From Gemmatimonadaceae bacterium (GTDB lineage Bacteria; Gemmatimonadota; Gemmatimonadetes; Gemmatimonadales; Gemmatimonadaceae): 64,000 nucleotides of DNA. The DNA lies in assembly GCA_031423355.1 (NCBI GenBank), contig JANPFJ010000012.1, positions 7,640 through 71,639 of the forward strand, given 5' to 3'. Positions 1 to 7,169 of the stretch are shown here, in pieces; position 1 is the stretch's first letter, and every line of letters starts with the position of its first letter. The notes beneath the pieces are model-generated. The model saw only the letters and a program-made list of their open reading frames with translations. It did not search any database and was not told the origin of the DNA. The position numbers and the translations under genes are program-made.

Positions 1-363
1 CACGACGCCGCGGACTACGAGTGGTCGAGCTTTCGCCGCCTTGCACACGGCACGCCAGATGCCCTCGTGCATCCGCACGGTGAGTACCTCAACCTGGGTG
101 TGACCGACGTCGATCGCCGCGCAGCGTATCTGGCGTTCTGCGCGTCGGCGGTCGGCCACCGCACACGCGAAGCGATTCGCCGCGCCACGCGGAGCAACGC
201 CGTGATCGGCGACGATGGTTTTGCCGAGCAACTCGAGGCATCGCTCCACCGTCGCGTCACGCGAGGGTGGGTCGGCGGCAACCGAAAGCTCCATCGCTCA
301 GGGAACGTTGGTGCTCTCGGCCCAGTCCGCGTCACGCACGTCGGAGGGGATGAGCGTACATGA
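1..363 (+). CDS. REP-associated tyrosine transposase (RAYT, IS200-like Y1 family), C-terminal part; the 5' end lies outside the window
   Basis: Frame 1 is open from nt 1 (HDAADYEWSSFRRLAHGTPDALVHPHGEYLNLG..RAAYLAF..IRRATRSNAVIGDDGFAEQLE) to TGA at 361-363. This matches the conserved tail of COG1943/RAYT proteins (Y-x-WSS, DAL-x-PH-x-YL-x-LG, AAY). REP-like repeats start 4 nt after the stop. Confidence 0.6.
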   Translation, partial: HDAADYEWSSFRRLAHGTPDALVHPHGEYLNLGVTDVDRRAAYLAFCASAVGHRTREAIRRATRSNAVIGDDGFAEQLEASLHRRVTRGWVGGNRKLHRSGNVGALGPVRVTHVGGDERT

Positions 364-366
364 GCT

Positions 367-443
367 CACGAACTCCGTCCCCATCACGGGACGAACTCCG
401 TCCCCATCAGCTCGCGGACTCCGTCCCCATCAGTCCCCGTCAC
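367..443. repeat. REP-like repeat cluster: 3 tandem copies plus 1 partial of ACGAACTCCGTCCCCATCA
   Basis: Copies are cacgaactccgtccccatca (367-386), acgaactccgtccccatcag (391-410), cggactccgtccccatcag (415-433) and a partial tccccgtcac (434-443). The cluster fills the gap between two convergent CDS. Confidence 0.85.
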
Positions 444-1249
444 GGGATCGCTGCCTCGCGCTCCGCTGCCGCAACCCTCGACCCACCATAGTTCACCACC
501 GCGCGCAGCCGGTACGTGCCCGTGAGGCTCGCCGGCAGCGCAACCCGCGCCGTCATCGCGGCGCCGGGAAGGGTCTGCAGGTCGGGCAAGGGGAGCGTCG
601 TGAGCACGCGGTCGTCGGCGTCACGCACTTCGATGCGACCCTCGCCGCGCAGATGCCGCTCACCGGTGTTCCGGAACGTCACCGCTGCGACCAGCGACCC
701 ACCGGCCACCGCACCGCTGTGCGCTGCCTCAGACGTCTCGAGCTCGACCTCACTCACTTCACCCAGCGCACGCGAGTCCGATGGCTCCGCGTACACCTTG
801 AGGCCCATCCGCACCAAGGCCAGCACGAGCTGTCCGGTCTCGTCCCGCACCCGCTCCACCGTCTCCACCAGCACGAGACTCCAGCAGGCCGAGTTGACCA
901 CACCGTCGACGCCGATCTGCACGGCGCGACTTTCACCGGGAGCGAGGGTGAATGCCAGCGGTGCGATCAAGAGCACACTGGCACAGCTGCCCGGCTGTGT
1001 GCCGGCATCGTAGAAGCGATGCGTACCATCGGCGCCGCGATCCCAGTCTTGCACGCGAATGATCGCCTCCGTCGTCGACCGTCCGGTGTTCCGCACGATC
1101 ATCACCCCGCTCCGTTGTGCCACGCTGTCGGGGCGCAGCACGAGCTCACGTCGGTCGAGGCTGATCTGCGCCTGCGCCGTCGTGCCGATGAGGAGCGCCG
1201 CGAGCGCGACGGTCAGGCGGAGGACGCGATGCGGTGTGCTGAGCGGCAT
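440..1249 (-). CDS. secreted beta-rich protein; a PapD-like or Ig-like chaperone fold is suspected
   Basis: Lies in ORF 440..1528. The internal ATG at 1247-1249 gives the signal peptide MPLSTPHRVLRLTVALAALLIGTTAQAQ. The fold guess is by eye only. Confidence 0.55.
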   Translation of the reverse strand: MPLSTPHRVLRLTVALAALLIGTTAQAQISLDRRELVLRPDSVAQRSGVMIVRNTGRSTTEAIIRVQDWDRGADGTHRFYDAGTQPGSCASVLLIAPLAFTLAPGESRAVQIGVDGVVNSACWSLVLVETVERVRDETGQLVLALVRMGLKVYAEPSDSRALGEVSEVELETSEAAHSGAVAGGSLVAAVTFRNTGERHLRGEGRIEVRDADDRVLTTLPLPDLQTLPGAAMTARVALPASLTGTYRLRAVVNYGGSRVAAAEREAAIP

Positions 1250-1707
1250 GGCAGGATCTCGACGGCGGCGGGGAACGGGATACACCGATCCACAGGCGAG
1301 TCGTGGACCACCATCCTGAGACGTCGATGCGGTCGTACGGCGGCAGTGTAACGTGCTTCGCTGCAGGGACTTACCGCCCCGGCGCATCGCGACCGATGGC
1401 GACGGGGACGGTGGCACGCTCCCTGCGACGCCGGCGCAAGTGCCACACGCGCGCGACGGGTCGTCACCTGTTTCCGACACCCCGCTGGCGGGCCATTTCA
1501 GCTCAGGGAGCACGACGCCGTGACGCACCGAGCCGCGACTGCGTCCCGAACTTCGTCGTCAGGCCACTACCGCGCGCGGCATGTCCTTGCCGTGCATTCC
1601 GTGCATCATCAATCCATGCGTGCCGCGCGGGACCGGCCGTGTGCCGGAGCGCACGCCGCATGGCTGCAGTGGTGCGGAACGCTCAGGGCGCGTGCCGTCA
1701 GCGTTCC

Positions 1708-2049
1708 TCAGAGCGCGATCGGCTGTCGCGCACGACACGAGGAACGATCCCGCGCCGAAAGCGCACCGGCGCGGCGCAGCACCAGCGATGCATCGAGCGT
1801 GAAGAGCTTCCATCGCACGATCGACGGCGAGGGCAACCCGTTCGGCGCGAGATCCCGGATCGCCACGTCGCCCGGCCACTTCTTGTGCGATACGGTGGTG
1901 ATCATGGCCAGCACGAGGTGATGCGAGCTGTGATTGAATGCGACCGATGAGCAGACCAGTGCCGGCCGGCGCTTGGACGCGTCGCGATCGGAGAACGGGA
2001 ACGGCACGACCACCACATCGCCGGGGCTATAGGTCGGAATAGGCGGCAT
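1708..2049 (-). CDS. type II toxin, PemK/MazF family
   Basis: Starts at the internal ATG 2047-2049. MPPIPTYSPGDVVVVPFPFSDRDASKRRPALVCSS...LAMITT is the classic MazF/PemK N-terminus. It overlaps the upstream antitoxin gene. Confidence 0.8.
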   Translation of the reverse strand: MPPIPTYSPGDVVVVPFPFSDRDASKRRPALVCSSVAFNHSSHHLVLAMITTVSHKKWPGDVAIRDLAPNGLPSPSIVRWKLFTLDASLVLRRAGALSARDRSSCRARQPIAL

Positions 2050-2251
2050 CGTCCCGGGCCGAGTCCCACTCGGGGGCGAGCGTGGCTTCGAGCTCCTGCA
2101 ATTCGGCCGCGGCCGGCAGCGCGCGTCGGACGCGCACGCCATCGGGCGCGATGATGAACTCGATGCGATCACCCGCGCCGAGGGATAGCGCGTCGCGCAC
2201 GGCGGGCGGAACGGTGGCCTGGTCCTTGGACGTCAGGGTGGACACGGGCAC
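2027..2251 (-). CDS. AbrB/MazE/SpoVT-family antitoxin
   Basis: VPVSTLTSKDQATVPPAVRDALSLGAGDRIEFIIAPDGVRVRR is a swapped-hairpin AbrB fold motif. A GTG start at 2249-2251 sits behind GGAGGAG. It overlaps the MazF-like gene by 23 nt. Confidence 0.7.
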   Translation of the reverse strand: MPVSTLTSKDQATVPPAVRDALSLGAGDRIEFIIAPDGVRVRRALPAAAELQELEATLAPEWDSARDDAAYSDL

Positions 2252-2384
2252 GCGACTCCTCCGCGATACGCACACGAGGTAATACGTATTGCGGTAATGG
2301 ATATGGTGAGCAGCTGCCCGTACTCGTGAGTGTCATGATCACACCGCTCCCGGCCATTACCGTCACCGAACGACTGCACGAGCT

Positions 2385-2444
2385 CACGCACTCCGTCCCC
2401 ATCACCGGAGGAACTCCGTCCCCATCACCCCGCGTCCCCATCAC
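2385..2444. repeat. REP-like repeat cluster (2 copies plus 1 partial)
   Basis: Copies are cacgcactccgtccccatcac (2385-2405), ggaactccgtccccatcac (2410-2428) and gcgtccccatcac (2432-2444). Same motif and orientation as at 367-443. Confidence 0.85.
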
Positions 2445-2585
2445 CCCGAAACGATTCGGACTGTCTGTCGCCCCCAGGCCTGCACAAAGACCATGACGAC
2501 GCTCGAACGCCTCACTGCCGCCGTCGCCGCTTGATCCAGCGCGAGGCATCACTAGACTTAGTCCAACACCCTTAGTCCGAAAATC

Positions 2586-2825
2586 ATGATCACCGTCAAT
2601 ATCCACGAAGCCAAGACGCAGCTGTCCAAGCTGGTCGATCAGGCCGTCAAGGGCGAAGCGTTCGTCATCGCCAAGGCCGGCAAGCCCTTGGTCAAGGTCG
2701 CCGGGCTGGACGCGCCGGATGCGCCGCAGCGTGTGGGCTTTCTTGCGGGCGAGATCATCGTGCCCAAGGACTTCGATCGCATGGGCGACGCGGACATCGC
2801 CGCATTGTTCGGTCTCGGCGCGTGA
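2586..2825 (+). CDS. Phd/YefM-family type II antitoxin
   Basis: MITVNIHEAKTQLSKLVDQAVKGEAFVIAKAGKPLVKV is a typical Phd/YefM N-terminus. It has a 4-nt GTGA overlap with the PIN gene. Confidence 0.85.
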   Translation: MITVNIHEAKTQLSKLVDQAVKGEAFVIAKAGKPLVKVAGLDAPDAPQRVGFLAGEIIVPKDFDRMGDADIAALFGLGA

Positions 2826-3208
2826 AGCTGCTGCTCGACACGCAGGTATTGCTCTGGGCGGCTGGCAACTCCAGGCGGCTCACCGCCAGCGCGCGCAAGC
2901 TGCTGAACGATCCGGCCAATGAGCTGGTTTTCAGCGCTGCGAGCCTCTGGGAAATCACGATCAAGAACTCGCTCGGCCGCAAGGACTTCCGCGTGGAACC
3001 GCGGGTGCTCCGTCGCGGCCTGCTGGACAACGGGTACACGGAACTGCCGGTCACGAGCCAGCACGCGGTGGGGGTCGACGGGTTGCCGGACATCCACCGG
3101 GATCCGTTCGACCGCTTGCTGCTGGCGCAGGCGCTGAGCGAAGGCATTACGCTAGTCACGGGCGACGCCGTGTTGGCGACCTATCCCGGGCCCATTCGAA
3201 AGATCTGA
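2822..3208 (+). CDS. vapC: PIN-domain ribonuclease toxin VapC
   Basis: LLLDTQVLLW...SAASLWEITIK...HRDPFDRLLLAQA...LVTGD shows the PIN acidic residues in canonical spacing, and the gene is paired with a Phd antitoxin. Confidence 0.85.
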   Translation: MKLLLDTQVLLWAAGNSRRLTASARKLLNDPANELVFSAASLWEITIKNSLGRKDFRVEPRVLRRGLLDNGYTELPVTSQHAVGVDGLPDIHRDPFDRLLLAQALSEGITLVTGDAVLATYPGPIRKI

Positions 3209-3212
3209 TGCC

Positions 3213-3329
3213 ATGATTGACAGGCTCACCGTCGCACTCGCCGACCGCTACCGCATCGAGCGCGAACTCGGCGCTGGCGGCATGGCCGCCGTGTACCTCG
3301 TGAACGATCTCCCGACCCGTGCCGAGTAA
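3213..3329 (+). pseudogene. 38-codon relic of a Ser/Thr kinase N-terminus
   Basis: MIDRLTVALADRYRIERELGAGGMAAVYLVNDLPTRAE then a stop. It has the glycine loop only and shares an identical 50-nt block (3237-3286) with the kinase genes at 4464-4513 and 7212-7261. Confidence 0.75.
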
Positions 3330-3364
3330 CTGGTCACCCGATATCCGATCAGATATACTAACTC

Positions 3365-3904
3365 ATGAACCCCGTGCTCCAGCTCCGCATGGCCGCAGGC
3401 CTGACCCAACGGGAACTCGCCGAGCTGGCGGGCACGTCGCAGTCCGCCATCGCGGCCTATGAAAGCGGTGGCAAGAGTCCGACCTGGCGCACGGTCGAGC
3501 GCCTGGCCCACGCGGCGGGATGCGAGGTCGACGTGCGGTACATGCGTCCACTCACACGCGAGGACCGGCGATCACTGGCGCTGCACGCGGCCGTGGCCGC
3601 GCGACTGGGCGAGCAGCCGGACGTCGTGCTCCCGAAGGCGCGGGCATCGCTCGCGCGGATGCGCGCACTGCACCCAGGGGCGCGGCCGCTGCTCGACGAA
3701 TGGCGACTGCTGTTGCGTCGCCCGATCGACGCGCTGATCCCGGTGCTCACCGATCCCATGCCCTGGGCGCGCGAGCTGCGCCATGTCACGCCGTTCACCG
3801 GCATTCTTTCCGCTGCCGAGCGTGCGCAGGTGTATCGGGCGTTCGCGCAGCGCGAACTGGCCGCGAGAATGTCGCAGCCAGACTCGCTGGAGCGTGCGTC
3901 GTGA
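3365..3904 (+). CDS. XRE-family helix-turn-helix protein (antitoxin-like partner of the DUF6036 NTase)
   Basis: LRMAAGLTQRELAELAGTSQSAIAAYESGGKSPTWRTVERLAHA is an HTH_3/XRE motif. Its stop overlaps the next start (GTGA at 3901-3904). Confidence 0.75.
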   Translation: MNPVLQLRMAAGLTQRELAELAGTSQSAIAAYESGGKSPTWRTVERLAHAAGCEVDVRYMRPLTREDRRSLALHAAVAARLGEQPDVVLPKARASLARMRALHPGARPLLDEWRLLLRRPIDALIPVLTDPMPWARELRHVTPFTGILSAAERAQVYRAFAQRELAARMSQPDSLERAS

Positions 3905-4428
3905 CGCGCGAACAGTTCGAGCACGCCATCCGTGCCGCCGGCGCCGTGCTTGGCGTCTCGGAGCTGCTGGTGATCGGGAGCCAGGCGGTACATGGAAGTA
4001 TGGCGGGCGCATTGCCGATCGAAGCAACGCGATCGGTCGAAGTCGACGTCGCGATCCGTGGCGACGTGGAAGGCCGCTTGGCGGACCTGATCGACGGCTC
4101 GATCGGCGAGGCGTCGATGTTCCACGATACCTTTGGCTACTACGCGCAGGGTGTGGTGGAGTCCACCGCGCAGCTGCCGGCGGGCTGGCAAGCGCGACTC
4201 GTGCCGTTCGACACACCGGGGACGCGCGGGGTCACGGCATGGTGTCTCGAGCTCCATGATCTCTGGATCTCGAAAGCAGTGGCCGGCCGTGACAAGGATC
4301 GCGAGTTCTGTCAAGCACTGCTGGCGCGCGGCGTCGTCGCGACAGACGTGCTGCGCTCGCGGCTTGAGACCGTGCCGGCACTCGATGCGCGCGTCCGGAG
4401 CGCCGTCGCAGGATGGATTCCATCGTGA
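3901..4428 (+). CDS. DUF6036-type nucleotidyltransferase-fold protein
   Basis: The GTG start is in frame with ORF 3520..4428. VTREQFEHAIRAAGAVLGVSELLVIGSQAV...VEVDVAI...FHDTFGYYAQGV...LHDLWISKAVAGRDKDREF resembles the DUF6036 NTase family as I remember it. Confidence 0.65.
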   Translation: MTREQFEHAIRAAGAVLGVSELLVIGSQAVHGSMAGALPIEATRSVEVDVAIRGDVEGRLADLIDGSIGEASMFHDTFGYYAQGVVESTAQLPAGWQARLVPFDTPGTRGVTAWCLELHDLWISKAVAGRDKDREFCQALLARGVVATDVLRSRLETVPALDARVRSAVAGWIPS

Positions 4429-7148
4429 CGAGCAATTCGACGATCCCGCGCCTGACTGCCGCCCTCGCCGACCGCTACCGCATCGAGCGCGAACTCGGCG
4501 CTGGCGGCATGGCGACGGTGTACCTCGCGCACGATATCAAACACGATCGCCAGGTCGCCATCAAGGTGCTCAAGCCCGAGCTCGCGGCGGTGCTGGGTGC
4601 CGAGCGGTTCGTGCAGGAGATCAAGACGACGGCGGCGCTGCAGCATCCGCACATCCTGCCACTGTTCGACAGCGGCGCAGCGGATGGCTTCCTGTACTAC
4701 GTGATGCCGTTCATCGACGGCGAAACGCTGCGGGCGAAGCTTGATCGAGAAACGCAGCTGGCCGTCGACGACGCGGTGCGTATCGCGCGCGAAGTCGCCG
4801 ATGCACTCGACTACGCGCACACGCGCGGTATTGTGCATCGCGATGTGAAGCCCGAGAACATCATGCTGCACGGCGGGCACGCGCTGGTTGTCGATTTCGG
4901 CATCGCGCTGGCGGTGAGCGCCGCGGCCGGTGGACGCATGACGGAGACGGGCCTGAGTCTCGGCACACCGCACTACATGAGCCCCGAGCAGGCCACCGCG
5001 GAGAAGGAGATCACCGCCCGCAGCGACATCTACTCGATCGGCTCCGTCCTCTACGAGATGCTCGCAGGCCAACCGCCACATCTCGGCGGCTCGGCGCAGC
5101 AGATCGTGATGAAGATCATCGCCGACGTGCCGCGCCCGTTGCCTGAGCTGCGCAAGTCGGTGCCGCCCAACGTCGCGGCGGCGGTGGCCACATCGCTGGA
5201 GAAGATTCCCGCCGACCGTTTCGCGACGGCCGCCGAGTTTTCGCGCGCGTTGGCGAATTCCTCGTACCGGCGCGCGGACAGCGATGCACCGGGCGCGACC
5301 GCCCGATGGCGCGGACACACGATGCAAGTTGCCTCGCTGGTTGGCGTGGCGGCCCTCGCCATCGGTGTGGTGAGCGCGCGACTGCTGTGGCGTGATGAAC
5401 CGGTGCCGCAGCGCGCGGCGCGCGTGATGTTGGCGTTTCCTGTGGGCCAGGAGCCGCTGTTCGCCGACCTGTCCGTCGGATCCACGCTGACGCAAATGCC
5501 CGACGGGAGTGGGCTGTTGTATTGGGGCGCGGGCACGACGACCACCGGTGCGTTGCTCTCGCGTGAGTGGGACCGGCTCGCCCCAACACGCACGCCGCTC
5601 GCCGTCGAAGAAGGATGCTGCGTAGCGGTCTCGCCGAGTGGCGATTCGATCGCGTACCTCACCAGTCCGCACAAGCTCGTGGTCGTGCCACTGGCGGGCG
5701 GGCGGGCGATGACGGTCGCGGATTCAGGAATGACGGCGATGACGACCGTGGGCGGCGGTGTGGACTGGGCCAGCAACGGGTGGATCTATGCGAGCGGCAC
5801 AACCGGGCTGGTTCGCGTCCGTCCGCAGGGTGGCGCCGTCGAGCGCGTGTCGACCCTCGATACGACCCGGGGAGACGGGGGTCATTTATGGCCGTCCGTC
5901 CTGCCGGGCGCCCGCGCCGCGCTGCTCACGGTGGCTCCGAGACAGGAAAGCGCCGACCTCTCGCGGCGGTCGATCGGCGTGGTGGATTTCGCGACCAGAC
6001 GCGTGGACATCCTGTCGCAGGGCATCCGTGCGCTGTATTCGCCATCGGGCCATCTCATCGTCGTGAAATCGAACGGCGTGGTGTGGGCGGTGCCATTCGA
6101 TGTGCAAACCCACCGCGTAACCGGACGCGAGATCGAACTCGCGGATACCGTGGCCGTGAGGGGCGTGACAGTCGGGACCGCCGACATCTCCCTGTCGTCA
6201 TCCGGAACCGCGGTATACAGCAAAGGCGTGACGCAGTCGCAGGTGGCCGTCTGGGTGGATCGCACCGGAGCCACCACGCCAGTGTCACCTGACCTCGCCG
6301 ACCATGTGGTGGCGGCACTCACCCTGTCCCCCGATGGACGCCGGGTGGTGGTCGGCATGGGCGGAGCGGACGGCACGGTTCATCTCTGGACCAAGACACT
6401 GGGCGGTGGACCCAGGTCGCGCTTCACCTTCGACGGCGTCACCAATGTTCGCGCCGCATGGCGCCCCCGAACCAACGCCATCTCGTATTCCGCCAACCGT
6501 GACGACCTGGGTCGTATGGTCCTTGTCGAACGCAACGCCGATGGAACAGGTGAGGTTCGCAGGCTGACAACCGGTGACCGGCGCGGCATCCCGCACCATG
6601 TCTGGTCACCCGACGGACGGTGGCTGGTTTTTCGCACCGACGATCAGGAGGCGGGCAACGCCGATATCATGGGCATCCGGCCCGGCATCGACAGCGTGGC
6701 GCGCCCGTTGGTGGCGACACCCGCCGAGGAACTCTCGCCGGCGATCTCACATGACGGGCGCTGGCTTGCGTACACTTCCAACGAGACCGGCCCTCGTGAG
6801 GTGTATGTACGGCCGTTTCCCGAGACGGGTAGCGGGCGGTTTCAGGTCTCGACGACCGGCGGCACCACGCCCGTGTGGGGCCGCGACGGCCGCGAGATGT
6901 TCTACATCGACCGCGTGGGCAACATGGTCGCGGTCCCACTCGTGTCCGGCCCGACCTTTCAGGTTGGCGCTGCGAAGGTACTGTTTTCGGCGTCGGCGTA
7001 CGCGTTGAATGCCTTCGCCCGTCAGTTCGACGTCACGCCGGACGGCACGCGGTTCCTCATGTCGCGCGGCGTGAGCGATGGCCAGGTGCACGTGGTGGTG
7101 GTGTTCAATTTCGTCGAGGAACTGAAGCGCCTCGTGGCACGGCCGTGA
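4413..7148 (+). CDS. Ser/Thr protein kinase with a TM segment and a C-terminal TolB-like (PD40/WD40-like) beta-propeller
   Basis: Kinase motifs are GAGGMATVYLA, AIKVL, HRDVKPENIML, DFGIA and SPEQ. The tail has WSPDGRWLVFRT and ISHDGRWLAYTSNETGPREVYVRPF repeats. A GTG at 4425 (GTGA overlap with the upstream stop) is an alternative start. Confidence 0.9.
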   Translation: MDSIVTSNSTIPRLTAALADRYRIERELGAGGMATVYLAHDIKHDRQVAIKVLKPELAAVLGAERFVQEIKTTAALQHPHILPLFDSGAADGFLYYVMPFIDGETLRAKLDRETQLAVDDAVRIAREVADALDYAHTRGIVHRDVKPENIMLHGGHALVVDFGIALAVSAAAGGRMTETGLSLGTPHYMSPEQATAEKEITARSDIYSIGSVLYEMLAGQPPHLGGSAQQIVMKIIADVPRPLPELRKSVPPNVAAAVATSLEKIPADRFATAAEFSRALANSSYRRADSDAPGATARWRGHTMQVASLVGVAALAIGVVSARLLWRDEPVPQRAARVMLAFPVGQEPLFADLSVGSTLTQMPDGSGLLYWGAGTTTTGALLSREWDRLAPTRTPLAVEEGCCVAVSPSGDSIAYLTSPHKLVVVPLAGGRAMTVADSGMTAMTTVGGGVDWASNGWIYASGTTGLVRVRPQGGAVERVSTLDTTRGDGGHLWPSVLPGARAALLTVAPRQESADLSRRSIGVVDFATRRVDILSQGIRALYSPSGHLIVVKSNGVVWAVPFDVQTHRVTGREIELADTVAVRGVTVGTADISLSSSGTAVYSKGVTQSQVAVWVDRTGATTPVSPDLADHVVAALTLSPDGRRVVVGMGGADGTVHLWTKTLGGGPRSRFTFDGVTNVRAAWRPRTNAISYSANRDDLGRMVLVERNADGTGEVRRLTTGDRRGIPHHVWSPDGRWLVFRTDDQEAGNADIMGIRPGIDSVARPLVATPAEELSPAISHDGRWLAYTSNETGPREVYVRPFPETGSGRFQVSTTGGTTPVWGRDGREMFYIDRVGNMVAVPLVSGPTFQVGAAKVLFSASAYALNAFARQFDVTPDGTRFLMSRGVSDGQVHVVVVFNFVEELKRLVARP

Positions 7149-7169
7149 TGAGCACGCGACAGCGGCCGG

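Noticed and set aside
215-1351. Long ORFs lying on the opposite strand or in other frames of real genes (for example 215..1351, 4311..5672, 6747..8186, 12178..12876, 21337..22800, 22855..23904, 30557..31786, 54810..56285).
   Set aside because: They are Arg/Pro/Ala/Gly-rich with no recognisable motifs, and each overlaps a well-supported CDS. These are the typical shadow ORFs of high-GC DNA.
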